Part shown: positions 12,810 to 25,922 of the stretch, one piece after another
Layout: each line of letters starts with the position of its first letter
Position numbering within the stretch: the stretch's first letter is position 1
Assembly: GCA_964016885.1 (NCBI GenBank)
Contig: OZ024741.1
Location: 344,596,001 to 344,660,000 of the forward strand
Reading direction: 5' to 3'
Length of the DNA: 64,000 bases
Origin: Eledone cirrhosa
Lineage: Eukaryota
Made by a program: the position numbers and the translations under genes
The notes under the pieces: model-generated
What the model saw: only the letters and a program-made list of their open reading frames with translations
Told to the model about the DNA's origin: nothing
Databases searched by the model: none

Positions 12810-13108
12810 ACTTCTTCTTCTTCTTCTTCTTCTTTTTATTTTTCTTCTTCTTTTTCTTTTCCTTCTTCTTTTCCTTCTTCTTCTTTTCCTTCTTATTTTC
12901 CTTCTTCGTTTCCTTCTTCTTCTTCTTCTTCTTCTAGGTTTGGGGACCATGTGCAATTGCACCAATGTACTCTTCACTGGTTCCTCTCCTTTGTCATGAC
13001 TCTGCACTCCACTAGCGTTCTTTCCAACCATTCTCTAATGTCTTCACTCCAGCGTCTCCTTGATCTCCCTCCCAATCTGTCGTTGATGTATCCCTCCAGA
13101 ATGTGACT
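12810..13108 (-). mobile_element. RTE-type LINE 3' end with (GAA)n tail (third family)
   Basis: Minus strand ILEGYIN..GGRSRRRWSEDIREW..., followed by a GAA repeat. Confidence 0.7.
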
Positions 13109-13424
13109 GAATAAAATTAAAAATTCAAGTCTTTACTTTAAGTTCACCACAAATTTCCTCTATTATCTGTCCACTAGTAAAGATACTGTCAAATGTATGA
13201 ATTATCACAAATCAGTTTTTAAACATTTTCTGCTGAATCATTATAGGATGCATTCATGAGTGAATAATAACAATATTATAATATCATTAATATTCAATTC
13301 GTTTGCAAGCAAACAGCCTCATAATGCTATGTGTTCTAGATGACTAACGTCATCCTTTTGTTCCAGCAGTAGCAGAGAGAAAAACAATCTACAATTGTTT
13401 CAGATTTATTGCCCCTTATCAAGA

Positions 13425-14125
13425 TTGTGTATTTCTCTTGTTTCTGCTACCCACTAGAACTCTTGAGAATATATAGTATTCTCTAAAGTTTATATCTGCT
13501 GATTAACCTAATTTGCATACCAAGTGATTTTACACATACCATTATGTGGCTGTTTGCTTACAGACAGATCAAATATTAATAATTGTTTTTAGTTTTGGCA
13601 CAAGGCCTGCAATTATCTCAGTGCATTACTGGTACTTTATTTTATCAACCCCGTAAGGATAAAAGGCAAAGGTAACCTCGGCAAGATTTGAACTCAGACC
13701 ATAATGGGGCATAACTCTATGCTGCAAAGCATGGCGTCCGACGCTCTACCAATTACTTTTCGCTCACAAATGCATTTCCGTATCTGCTATGTCAGAGTGA
13801 AAACAAAATCAAATTTTGTTTTCAATTTTCAGCAAAGCCAACCATAAAATCGCTCCGTATGCAAATTAAGCTAATCAGCCAATGTATACTTTAGAGAATA
13901 CAGCTAAAATTCCATTATAACGAATACCATTATAATAAATTTTTCAGTATAACAAAATTTTTTCAATCCCCAGCCACACACTCGATGTTTTAGATCGATC
14001 TCGTTATAAAGAATTTTTCATTACAACAAAATTTTTTTATACTCCGTGAATTTTGTTATAACGGAATTTCATTGTACTATATATTCTGAAGAGTTCCAGT
14101 TGGTCGCAGAAACGAGAGAAATGTA
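13425..14125. mobile_element. MITE with ~90-bp inverted arms, hosting a SINE and a pogo-like MITE
   Basis: 13425-13520 mirrors 13857-14125 once the 13901-14074 insert is removed. Confidence 0.65.
13901..14074. mobile_element. Tigger/pogo-like MITE, TA duplication
   Basis: TA CAGCTAAAATTCCATTATAAC ... GTTATAACGGAATTTCATTG TA; second copy at 20765-20936. Confidence 0.8.
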
Positions 14126-14404
14126 ATTACCATTATGGAGGGTGGCAAGACAATCTGAATGTATTGGACACTCTCTTCACTGTCTAATTTATTCTTGTCC
14201 AGCCATAGATTGTGGTGCAGACAACAGTAGAGCTAGGCAGAGTGTATTTGGTCAGAGTTACTTTTTCTCTGTTGTTATTGTTCCTCGTTGTACACATCTC
14301 AGTTCATTGTTTGAAACTAGCAAGGAAGCTATTGATGCTGCAGCAATTTATGTGTGTAATGTTAAAAAAACATCAGATGGGTCTACCATGTTTCCAATTA
14401 AGTG

Positions 14405-14745
14405 TTGCGTGCACACATGCATCAGCCGACAGCTTCCTGCCTCAGAGCTATCTGCCGCATGCACTGGTACAGACATGTCCTCCACCTGCCACCAGATCAT
14501 CCTACCAGGGCCTTACTCTCATTTGACACAGCAGCTACAGACTGGAAGAGGCCCCACATCAGGCCCCGCAGTAGGCCTTGCACCAGATGGCTGGATATCT
14601 CCGGAGGGTCCACATCACCTTGGAGGATGCAGAGGAACTGACAAGGGACCACCAGCAATGAATGGCACTGGTAGATCTGATTGGCTCTATGCATGACGAT
14701 GCTTTGGGATCACTGGCTTAGGATGACTCCAGCCTCGTTGAGCAA
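14405..14745 (+). mobile_element. RTE LINE C-terminal fragment (fourth family)
   Basis: RMHWYRHVLHLPPDHPTRALL...WKRP...RWLD / ITLEDAEELTRD. Confidence 0.7.
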
Positions 14746-14809
14746 GAGCAAGATGTTCTTTTAAACTTTTCAAGATTGTCTTATTAATGTGGTTTCATGT
14801 GGTGCAGGA

Positions 14810-15300
14810 TATTAAAAGTAGATTCAATGCTGTAACAACTTTGCCAATTCATGGAATGGGATGTTGAGAACAACAATTTACTAATTTTTCTTGTGTAAGA
14901 ATCCTAATGAAACAGGATTTGAAAGTAGCCTTCTTGTTCAATACATAGGCTTGGCATCCTGATGAGTAATTTACCAAATGGTGATTTGCGTAAGTGTTGA
15001 ATATATTTTGTATGAGTGGATATTAGGTAATGAAGCTGAAAATGTTGTTGACATTGATGGTAGCTAAAGTGGTATATATGAGAGTGTTTTGTTTTTTTTT
15101 GCTCTTGAAGCCATCATGCATTCTTTGTTTTAGATTTATGAGAAGTGTGGTGGTTGAGTATAGCTGTCTAATTTCAGGCTTTAATTTAGAAAAAGGGATG
15201 TGTGGTTTAATGGGGTTAATGATTAGCTTTTTCGAATTTTCGACTGTGTGATAAGATGAGTGATGGGTCTGTATCATATTAGTTCATTTTTGGTTTGTTG
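14810..15300 (-). mobile_element. Possible degenerate CR1/L2-type LINE 3' end
   Basis: Minus strand GCQAYVLNKK...KLVN...VVTALNL loosely fits the CR1 C-terminal pattern. Confidence 0.35.
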
Positions 15301-15984
15301 AGCTTTAAAATTTCTATAATTTTGCTCGACTTCTAGATCCTGAACATTTTAGTGTTGGTTTGAATAATTCTGAGGCAGCGAATTAGCAAAGTCATTAAAA
15401 TGTCATATAGAATACTTCGCGATATTTGTTCCAGCTCTCTGCACTCGGTGTTCATATCCCCACCAAGGTCAACTTTGCCTTTCATCCTTTCAAGGGCAAT
15501 AAAAAAAATACCAGTTCAATATTGGGGGCTATTTCTTCTGCTATATCTCTTTCTCTCATCTTCGCTTTATCACTCTCTCTTTCCATCTCTGGAAGAAATA
15601 AGCTGTGTTCAAACCTGGAGAGAAGATGGGCTCTGCCAGGTTTTAAAAATGCCCAAGGATTGCTGTATAACACTATGGAACCCCTATAATTCCACTTGAA
15701 GTTATGGGTACATACTACATGGTTAATTCTAGATGTCAGTACATGCAGTGATTATGTCAGGCCATAGATGTTTTAGATGTATATTTGTTATTTTGCCTGG
15801 ACCTTGTGTTTTGGAGTATATAAATTTTCTTAAGAAGTCAAATTTGTTGTCTCAGTGGAAGATGTGTGTTATAATTCTGTTACTGAAAGCCTCTATGTAG
15901 AAACTCAACTTATAAGAATTTGCAATCAAATGTTCCTCCTCCTCCTCCTTCGCATACTTATTCCTGGGAGGGTTGTGAGTGGCA

Positions 15985-16700
15985 GAATTGGTGTTGCTGG
16001 GAGTGTAGGTGATGTTGATGTTGGTAGCGTTGGTGTTGTAGGTGATGTAAGTGATGTTGGTGTTGTAGGTGATGTTGGTGTTGCTGGTGGTATTTGTGGT
16101 GGTGTTGGTGTTGTTGGTGTTGTAGGTGATGTAAGTGATGTTGGTGTTGTAGGTGATGTTGGTGTTGCTGGTGGTATTCGTGGTGGTGTTGGTGTTGTTG
16201 GTGGTGTTGGTAATGTTGGTGATGTAAGTGATGTTGGTGTTGTAGGTGATGTTGGTGCTGGTGGTATTCGTGGTGGTGTTGGTAATGTTGGTGTTGTAGG
16301 TGATGTAAGTGAGGTTGGTGTTGTAGGTGATGTTGGTGCTGTTGGTGCTGGTGGTATTCGTGGTGGTGTTGTTGGTGTTGTTGGTGGTGATGGTGGTGTT
16401 GGTAGTGTTGGTGATATTATTGGTAGTGTTGATGTTGCTGATGCTGCTGGTGGTGATGGTGAAGTTGGTGGTGATGTTAGTGGTGCTGGTAATGTTGATG
16501 TTATTGGTAGTGTTGTTGATAGAGGTGGTCTTGATGGTGATGTTAGTGGTGCTGGTAATGTTGGTTATTTTATTGTAGTGTTGGTGATGTTAATGGTGAT
16601 GCTAGTGGTGCTGGTAATGTTGATGTTATTGGTAGTGATGATGTTGATGATGGTGGTGGTGTTGGTGGTGATTGTGATGCTGGGGGTGCTAGTGACTAGT
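15985..16700. repeat. (GGT/GTT/GAT)n low-complexity tract
   Basis: Direct reading; the G/V-rich ORF is a by-product. Confidence 0.85.
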
Positions 16701-17176
16701 GCAAAAATAGTAAAATAGAGGGATCGGTGGAAGTGTGTGTGAAACAGAGTTGAAATGAAGCAAAAGCCAAAGTTTATCTAATTAATGTATTGTTTGGAGG
16801 TGTTTGAGGGTGTGGGGAAGAGGATGAGATAGAGGGTTGTTGTAGAGGGTGGGGAATGTTATGTTTAGAAAACACTGAAAATCAAAATTTTAAAATGAAC
16901 AAATAATAATCATAATAATTGTTTTTACATTTGGCAAAGGCCAGCAATTTAAAGGGAAAGAGGGAAACTCGATTAAATCGAACCAGTGCATTACTGGTAC
17001 TATATTTCATGGACCCCATATGGATGAAAGGCAAAGCTAACATCAGCGAGATTTGAATTCGGAATGTAAAGGGACATAAACTATATGATACAAAGCATGG
17101 TGTCCGACACTCTACTGATTCAGCCAATCCACCACCAAATAATAATAATTATAATAATAATTATTATTATTATTTT

Positions 17177-17395
17177 GGGGCAGTGAATTGGCAGTATCGG
17201 TAGAGCGTCAGACAACATGCTTTGTGGCAGAGAGTTACGGCCCTTTATTCTGAGTTAAAATCCCGCCGAGGTTAGCTTTGCCTTTCATCCTTACAGGGTC
17301 AATGAAATAAAGTACCAGTCACGCACTAGGGTCGATTTAATAGACTTTCTCCTCCCCAAAATTGCTGGCCTTGTGCCTATATAAGAAACTATTAT
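17177..17395 (+). mobile_element. tRNA-derived SINE family A (Meta-like central domain), full copy
   Basis: A box TGGCAGTATCGG, B box GAGTT(C/A)AAATCC, core GCCTTTCATCCTTAC.GGGTCGATAAAATAAAGTACCAG; other copies near 13580-13750(-), 15395-15525, 16917-17135(-), 17495-17588, 19350-19535(-), 25490-25680, 26917-27100(-), 41244-41432(-), 63740-63955. Confidence 0.88.
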
Positions 17396-18682
17396 TATTA
17401 TCATTAGTAGTGGTAGTGGTAGCAATATAGGAGAAAAATATAAAAAACAAAAACAAAGAATTCTTGCAGAATTCTGATTCAAATGTTTTTATTATTTTGC
17501 CTTTCATCCTTACGGGATCGATAAAATAAAGCACCAGTAATGCACTGGGGTAATTGCTGGCCTTGTGCCAAAAGTAGAAACAATTATTGTGCTGTTTAGA
17601 AATTCTCTTTCAATAATTGTTATATTTTATTACAAATTTCATTAGACTTTTACAAATAAATAATAAAAAATATTTTCTTATTATTCAGCCATGATTGGAT
17701 TGAAACCATATTAGTCTTGTCAACAACTTACCATGGTGAAGCAGATGTCCAGCGATGACTGCATGATCTCATAACAACTTTGGAGAGAGAGTTGTATGTG
17801 TGTGTATGTGATTGAATATTGAATATCATAGTAACTTAATTATTACTTTCCTGTACCACATGAAACCACATTATCAAGACATTCTTGAAAAAATATAAAA
17901 CTGCATTATGACTGTATCACATTAAAAATGAAAGTTTTTACTCTAAGAGACCACATTAACAAGACATTGTTGAAAACTCATTTCTCCACCTGAGTAAACT
18001 GGAGCCATGTGAAATAAAGTCTCACCCAGGCATACTAGTCTCTCTTCTCTATGCCACCGATGTTGTCCAATGGAAAGATAAAGGCTGATATACCTTAGCA
18101 TCAGTGACACTGAAACTCATTTTTCCAGCTGAATAAACTGGAGCAAAGGAAAATAAAGTATCTTGCTTAAGGACACAATGTAATGCCTGGTCCAGGAATC
18201 AAACACAACCTCATGATTGTGAATCCAATTTTACTAACTACTAAGCCACATGCCTTTACACGTATGCACGCACGTGATATTATTTATTTTGAAAACAATA
18301 CCTTAACATCAGTATGAGCAGCCGGTTACGGCAAGTTTAAACTGAAAGAGATGAGAGAATTTTGGCCGGATATGGCGGGTTTAAAGGGTTAAACAAATGA
18401 GGGAAAGAAAAAATACATTCATTTACATTATCACTATATTACAATTATGATGCACAGTTGCTGCAAAAAAATGTTTACTTCACACCACACATACATGTGA
18501 TGTGCATATGTGTGTGCATGGGTATGTGTATCCCAGGTTTTAGAATAAGTGCACTGTATCAATGCGTGGTGTAAGAAGCGTCTAATAGACTAATGGTGTG
18601 TTGGTGTCTAGAAGGGCATCAGGTAATAAATAGCTGGTTGATAAAAGTTCCATCTCTGTTTCATCTTTTATTTCTTGTCCTA

Positions 18683-18718
18683 TCTTCTGATGAAGGACTA
18701 GTATTCGAAACGTTAAGA
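18683..18718 (+). ncRNA. Minimal hammerhead ribozyme (Penelope-type, family H2)
   Basis: TCTT-CTGATGA-AGGACTAGTATTC-GAAA-CG-TT-AAGA; ATTAAA downstream. Confidence 0.7.
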
Positions 18719-18958
18719 CTCTTTTCCTATTACTTCAAGCATTAAACGAATATATTTCTTCATTGAACTGTGTTGTTTGCTTTGTTATTTCAGTTTACAT
18801 TTTACATACATATATATTTATTTATGCATATGTATGTGTACATGTATGAGCACATATACGTACACATATACACATACTTACACATGTACATATACATATA
18901 AGTACTCAGCCATACAGATTTAACCCCATTTTTCTCTTTCTTTCATTTTTTTTTTCAG

Positions 18959-19101
18959 CATTTATAATGACGCAGATGCACAAGATGCGACCTCGCAACA
19001 TGCATGAACGGCACTGCAGTCGAAAATTGATAAAAGAATATGTTCTGATTGTAAAAGAAGGATGTAAACCTACCAAACCATACAACAGAACCAAGAATAT
19101 G
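18959..19101 (+). CDS. Candidate internal coding exon of an unknown host gene
   Basis: Strong acceptor (long pyrimidine tract, CAG) and donor ATG|GTAAGT; only one open frame: FIMTQMHKMRPRNMHERHCSRKLIKEYVLIVKEGCKPTKPYNRTKNM. Confidence 0.6.
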
Positions 19102-19862
19102 GTAAGTTGTGCTTACTAGTTTTTTTTTTTTCTCTTTTTGTTATATTATATTATACTCTATATATTTATATATTTGATGGCGGTGTTGTGGGTGGTGTGG
19201 GAATATTTAGTATTCAATGTTTTACACTTAAGGGTATTCATAAAGGATAACTACTACTGCTGCTGCCACTACTACTACTGTTGCTGCTGCAGCTACTACT
19301 ACAACTACTGCAGCTACTACTACTACTATTACTGCTGCTGCTACTGCTTTCTGATATTGGCACAAGGCCAGAAATTTGAAGAGAAGGGGAAGGTTGAGTA
19401 TGTGACTGGTCCTTTATTTTATGGACCCTGGAAGGATGAAAAGCAAAGCTAACCTCAAGGGGATTTGAATTCAGAACGTAAATGGCTATAACTATATACT
19501 GAAAAGCATGGTGTCTGATGCTCTATTATTACTGCCAAAATGGTTTCCAATTTAAGCACAAAGCTAGGAAAATTTGGTGGGGCAAAACTTATTATAACCA
19601 CCTCAGTATTTGACTGATGAAAGACAAAGAATTCCAAACAAATACCATAAGGCATACATCTTCCAAATCTTCTTTAGGGGAATTATAGAAGCCCAGTCTG
19701 TGCTTTGATAATGCAGAAGCTGTGAATTAACCATCTGGTCATATTCCTGTCTTCGTGCCAGTTGTTACAGTTGGTTTTGTCTATGCAAGGAAATACGAAA
19801 AATGTGAGCTGTCGAATTTGAATCAAGCACTGGTTATTGGTTGGTTGCTGTAATGGTTAGCA

Positions 19863-20346
19863 CAGGTGTCTCAAACTCAAAGACTCAAAAGGGCCATTAT
19901 ATCCTGGGGAAGAGGCACGGCAGACCAAATGTAAGATGAGTGGGGTAGTTATTTCCACCAGTTATAATGCTAATCTACAATACTGCTGATAGGTTGATAT
20001 TTATTTAATTTTTCCTAAAAATAAACACATATGATAGTAATTGGGATATGTGAATTAGTACAAAATGTAGGAGGATAAATTTTTGTTTCAAATTTTCCAT
20101 AATTCTTTTTTTACTCATGGTAAATTCCCTTTCTTCAATTTACCCTTTTGATAAATTGTGTTGTTATTTTTTCCATTTTATTGTAAATTTTATGGGTAAA
20201 TTACAATAAATATAGATATTATTAAAACAAAGACAAATTATTAAGTTTTAGGAAAATATTAGTCATGAAAATTGTTCAGCTGCATGCCACAGAAAAGCAG
20301 TTTGCAAGCAATATGCAGCCCAAGGGCTGCATGTTTGAGACCCCTG
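19863..20346. mobile_element. hAT (Charlie-like) MITE
   Basis: CAGGTGTCTCAAAC ... GTTTGAGACCCCTG; 8-bp flanks GGTTAGCA / GGTTAATA. Confidence 0.75.
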
Positions 20347-20764
20347 GGTTAATAGTTACTGTTAGGTTGAGATGAATAGCTGTTGTTAGCAGGTGATAAA
20401 AATACCTAAGTGATAAACAAAAACAAAATGGCTTACTCTGTTAGTGACATGATTGCCTGCAGGTCAGTCTATGTTGAAGCAAAAATAGTAAATTGATTCT
20501 TTCTTTGATAACATTCTGCACCTAGAGTAGTTTATCATCTGGGTCATTCCATTTCTTGTATAATCTTGACTTTAGCAGCAGCAGCAGAAGTAGTAGTAGT
20601 AGTAGTAGTTGCTGTTGTAGTATGGAAGTGTTCAGTGCAAAACATAGATGGATTGTGTTCGAGCTGCAAAATAAATAAGAGATAAAAATAAAAAACAAAA
20701 TTATCAACAAACACTTTTCATTGAAAAGAAAGCAGTTTTATAGTGGCCGTGAGTTTTGCAATTA

Positions 20765-20936
20765 CAGGTAAAATTCCGTTATAACGAATTTTTCAGTGTA
20801 ACAACATTTTTCTCCATCCCCAAGGTAATAACAAATGAACGCTTGATTTGTTTCAGTAGATCTCGTTATAAAGAATTTTTCGTTACCATGAATTTTTTTA
20901 TACCCCATGAAATACTGTTATAATGGAATTTCACTG
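20765..20936. mobile_element. Tigger/pogo-like MITE, TA duplication
   Basis: TA CAGGTAAAATTCCGTTATAAC ... GTTATAATGGAATTTCACTG TA. Confidence 0.8.
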
Positions 20937-22610
20937 TATATCATTGTCACACTAGCAAATTGGCTTCTTCTTCTTGTGTATGAAACTGTTGCTGTCTCAG
21001 GTTGATGTTGTTCATCTGATTGAGATCAGCGATCAGTTTCCAGGGCCCACCACAAAGAGGGCGACAACTTGGGCCCCAAATCGGCTGATGAAATGGTGCT
21101 CCAGATACTGAAGACAATATTTAGGCCTGTCAGTGTTGATATTCAATCCACCCTTTTGTTATCGTATTTCTAATGAAATACACTGCCAATGTGTATCAAT
21201 AAATTTTGAAAATTTGAAGAATATAACTAACAATTTCATTAGTATGTTGATATTTCAAACATTATTTAAAATCTTCTTAAATAAAATTATGATGGAAGGT
21301 TTTTTAATATAAGTATGAACCTTTTAAAATGTGTAGTTGTGTATTGTTAAAACCAGGGTGGTTTCAAGTGGGTTGGTAGCAAATGGATTCACATTTACAT
21401 TATTTATATTTACTATTGTATTTTCATGGTAAACACTTTATCTCATAATTATCTCATATAATATTGGATCTATGAGATTTTGATATTATTTATTTTGAGA
21501 ACAATACCTTAACGTTAGTATGAGCAGCTGGTTAAGGCCAGTTTGAACATTGAGAGATGAAAGAATTCTGGTTAGATGCGGCCAGTTTAAATGCTAAAGG
21601 GTTAAATTATAATACAAGATGGACTGTAGTTGCAATTCAACGGGCCAACCTTGTCACACACAATATCATGATGAAGGACCCTGCAAATTACATCTAGAGT
21701 AAAAATGTACCTGTAATTTCAAAGGGGTTAGCTTTATCACACATTATGTCATGTTGATCCTGTTTGAGAATTACATTAAGAATACATGTGTCTGTGAAAT
21801 GCACTTTATCTGATATAATTATCTCACATAATATTGAATCTATGAGATTTTAATATTATTTATTTTGACAACAATACCTTAACATAAATATAAGCAGCCG
21901 GTTATGGTTGGTTTGAACAGAAAGAGGTGAGAGAATTCTGGCCGGATATGACCGGTTTAAATGCTAAATGATTAAAGTAAAAGAAAAAAAAAAATTGGTG
22001 TGAATTAATATTGTCCGCTTGTCACAAACATAATTTTTCCTTTTTAATATAATTTTTAATTTGAAAATACGATATTCTCTTTGTAATACAAGCAATCCAG
22101 TACACAATAATTTACATTTTCAGAGAATAAAAAAAATTTTCTTTAGATGACAGAAAAGAAAAATTTGTAAATTTTGTCATAATGTAACAAAATAAGTTGC
22201 AGGCGACAGACTTACATACAGCATTATAGATTAACGTTCCAACTACATCAAAAGGTTTTATATAGTTAATGCACATATTCTATAGTTTTATAATTTATCC
22301 TATCTATAAATGTAAAATTGTTTCATGTATTTATTTCATTAATTGCTTGGAAATCGGTAACATGTGAAACTAATCGTCACAATCTATGTCATTTCAGCTT
22401 AAAACAATTTTTTAAATTGTACTTTACACCTTTTGTATTAAATCTTTAGATTTATTCATGGTGTTGTATATCTCCCTATATATATATATATGTATAAGTG
22501 TGTGTATATATGTGTGTGTGTGTGTATATATATATATGTGTGTGTATATATGTGTATGTGTATATGTGTGTGTGTGTGTGTATGTATATATGTGTGTATG
22601 TGTGTGTATG

Positions 22611-22643
<33 letters not shown>

Positions 22644-23295
22644 ATATATATATGTGTGTGTGTGTGTATATATGTGTGTGTGTATATATGTGTGTGTGTG
22701 TATATATATATGTGTGTGTGTGTGTATATATGTGTGTGTGTATATATATATATGCATGTGTATATATATGCATGTGCATATATGTATATATATATATATA
22801 TATATGCATGTGTATATATGTGTATATATATTAATATATGAGGTTATAGTGTGCTAGTTCACTGTTTTCATTGGTAAGTTAAATCAATGCTCTCTTTTAG
22901 ATGTATAAATAAACAAAAATAATATTAATCCTTGGTCTTACTGAATTTTGAATATATATATATATATATTTAATATATTAACAGAGAAAGCTTTAAGCAA
23001 TACTCCGACCGACTTCCGTCTCACTCAACAAACATTAGGATATACCTTAGTATAATCCCAATTATACGTTTGGGGTGCTAACTATACGTATTTTGCGGAT
23101 AGCCAGTTGTATTATTTTATATGAGACATAATTAAATACATCCCTCATATATATATAATCAGAAGGGATATTCAATTAGTTGGTAATTCATCAAATATAA
23201 ATGTTTATAACTGATTCAGAGCACTTGACAGGTTTTCTGGAGTTTAATATACAATGATATTAAATAAATGGAAACTATATTTATAAAACCATAAT

Positions 23296-23356
23296 TATTC
23301 TATTATATATATTTCAAGAGTACCAAAATTTTGGTACGCTATCATCAGATAAAATA
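23296..23356 (-). ncRNA. Type I hammerhead ribozyme (family H1) in a Penelope-like terminal repeat (~22975-23425)
   Basis: Minus: TATTTTAT-CTGATGA-TAGCGTACCAAAATTTTGGTACTCTT-GAAA-TATATA-TA-ATAGAATA. Confidence 0.85.
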
Positions 23357-23421
23357 CGAAGTGTGTTTTATAAATTTTGACATAACCAAGGAGAATATAC
23401 CTTAACGGTTCGAGTTTTCCT

Positions 23422-23460
<39 letters not shown>

Positions 23461-23462
<2 letters not shown>

Positions 23463-23855
23463 ACAATCTCACTGGAATGAGATCTTTGGTGCCATGCAGT
23501 TGTACAGAAGACCCGCCTTCCCTTTCATATAAACCTACAGGCAGTAGGCACCTCTTAACCTAATATACACCCCACACTCCCTACCCCATCCTCCCATTTC
23601 CGTCCATTGTGTCGGTGACTCAACAAAAAGCACCCAGTCTACATTGTAAAGTGGTCGTGTAGGAGACATAGTAAAAAGGCTCCCAGTCCACACTGTAAAG
23701 GTAGTTGGTGTTAGGAAGGTCATCCAGTTGTAGAAAACCTGCCAGAAACACTTCCGTATGAGCAAGACACGGTCTTCCGATTAATCCTGCATCAAATGGA
23801 ACAAAGATGTCTAACCCATGCTAGCATAGAACATGGACGTTAAACGATGATGATA
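23461..23855 (+). mobile_element. RTE family-2-related 3' end/UTR with GAT tail
   Basis: AGACAAT.TCACTGG..., GGTGTTAGGAAGG.CATCC, GGACGTTAAACGATGATG. Confidence 0.8.
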
Positions 23856-23962
23856 TTTACATTTATATATATAAGTAAAAGGTAAAACAGAAAGAACAGC
23901 ATAATCAGTACAGTATATGGAAGGTATATATTAGGTTAGCACTTGAAATAGCAGGAAGAGGG

Positions 23963-23998
23963 TCTTGACGTTTTGGATGCTAGTCCTTCATCAGAAGA
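23963..23998 (-). ncRNA. Degenerate minimal hammerhead (family H2; GAAA changed to AAAA)
   Basis: Minus: TCTT-CTGATGA-AGGACTAGCATCC-AAAA-CG-TC-AAGA; homologous to 18683. Confidence 0.55.
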
Positions 23999-24633
23999 AA
24001 GAATGAGAAATTAGAAAGATAGATTGAAGGGATGGGCAGGGCGGAATCGGAAAAAAGTTTTTGGAGAGAAAAATAACTGGTCCATTCATGTTGTCATCTC
24101 TTGGAAAACTGTTAATGCTGGCATTTTGTGTATGATATATTCTTTTAGAAAAGTGGATGATGAAGCACCAAATGTAGCATGTTGGGCAACTCTCTGTTTG
24201 ATATGTCTTCAATATTATGTAATTCATATATTTGTCTTTAGCTTGTTAAATGACATAATCGGCCAACAGACAGATCCAAAAATGTGCATTATGGAAATTT
24301 ATTGAATTCATTCCAATATGAAAAAATCCTGTCTTTATAATCATCTGTATTTCAATACTTCAATTAAATAAGAAATAGAAGATGACATAAAAAGATAGGT
24401 GAGAGTAAGAAGAAGAAACTTTTACTGGAGGAAACATTTTGGATATACATATATAAATTGTATACATTTTTTGGGGACACCCTGTGTGTATATATATATT
24501 TATATATATAGTAATAATAATAAATTTGAAGACTAAAATCCAAAGAGGGCTCGATAAGGATAAATATATATAAAATATATAAGAACCATAGAGCAAATAT
24601 TTATTCTTTGCTTAAACTTTAATCTGTTTTTTA

Positions 24634-24668
<35 letters not shown>

Positions 24669-24907
24669 CATATATACACACTCCCCTTCTCTCTCTTGAC
24701 CCATATGTCCACCAACATAACTTTCACAAGATACAGCAGTATCTCGAGAGAGAGAAGCGAGTGTGTGTGTGCGTGTGTGTGTGTATGTTTATCTCGGGTT
24801 CAATCAGGAGTAACCACAGTAAGTAAGGTACTCAATACATAGCAGAGTATAAATATTTAATATAGAAATGGCTTCTACAGGACTAGAGCTGTTTCATTCG
24901 GGAGAAA

Positions 24908-24943
<36 letters not shown>

Positions 24944-25015
24944 CAAGGAATCCCCCAAAAATATATACACATATTTATTAGAATGCTGTTGAAGTGTGTA
25001 TATATTATTTTGGAT

Positions 25016-25463
25016 TATATGATGCCTGTGTGAGATGTGCGATGTTGCATGGTAGTGAGACATGGGCAGCAACTGCAGAGGATATGCGACGGCTGGAGAG
25101 AAATGAAGCAAGCATGCTCCGTTGGATGTGCAATGTCAATGTACGTGAACTACCAAGCATAGACAAGTTGAGAAAGAAACTGGGTATAAGAGGGATAAGT
25201 TGTGGTGTGCAGGAGAGGAGACTGAGATAATATAGACATATGATGCACATGGAGGATGACCGCTGGGTAAAGAAGTGCCAAGAAATCCCAGTAGACGGAA
25301 GACCACGAAAAACATGGGCGGAGGTGGTGAGAGCAGACCTCAGATCGCTGAAACTGACGGAGGAGATGACAAAGGACCGTGACAAGTGGAGAGATGTGCT
25401 GAATAGGACCCATCCAATCCTTGCAAGCAGGGAAAAGTGGACGTAAAATGATGATGATGATGA
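25016..25463 (+). mobile_element. RTE family-1 3' fragment
   Basis: LYDACVRCAMLHGSETWAATAED...LASREKWT plus GAT tail. Confidence 0.92.
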
Positions 25464-25868
25464 TATATATAAATATTATATGTTAATAGCGGGGGATTGG
25501 CAGTATCGGTAGAGGGTTAGACGCCATGCTTTGACGCATAGAGTTACGGCCCTTGCCATTCTGAGTTCAAATCCCGCCGAGGTTAACTTTGCCTTTCATC
25601 CTTACAGGGTCGATAAAATAAAGTACCAGTAATGCACTGGGTTATTGCTGGCCTTGTGTCAAACATAGAAACAATTATATATTAATAGCAATATATATAT
25701 ATATTAATAGTAATAATAAATACAAAGACCAAAATCCATTTTTCCTGCTAGCAAGGGTTAGGCTGTATATGTGTATGTGTATATCTGCATGTGCTTATCT
25801 GTGTGTATGTGCACATATGTGTGTGTATATATGGGTATGTATCTGTGTATCATGTATCTCTCAATCTG

Positions 25869-25922
<54 letters not shown>

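Noticed and set aside
12771-13031. Protamine-like Arg-rich ORF
   Set aside because: It is the (GAA)n tail of an RTE 3' end read in another frame
14955-14985. CTGATGAG-TAATTTAC-CAAA hammerhead-like string
   Set aside because: Lacks GAAA and a convincing stem I; lies in probable LINE debris
15855-16718. 287-aa Gly/Val-rich ORF resembling a structural protein
   Set aside because: GTG start, trinucleotide low-complexity, overlapping frame also open, no convincing splice or signal context
17177-17270. tRNA genes at A/B-box sites (also 31524, 58930)
   Set aside because: They are SINE heads continuing into SINE bodies; no full cloverleaf
18959-19101. Resemblance of RHCSRKLIKEYVLIV to an insulin B-chain
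   Set aside because: Cys spacing is x15 rather than x11; no signal peptide or A-chain found
24060-24240. GIY-YIG-like HIKQRVAQH on minus upstream of the H2 hammerhead
   Set aside because: Too short and frameshifted to support a call
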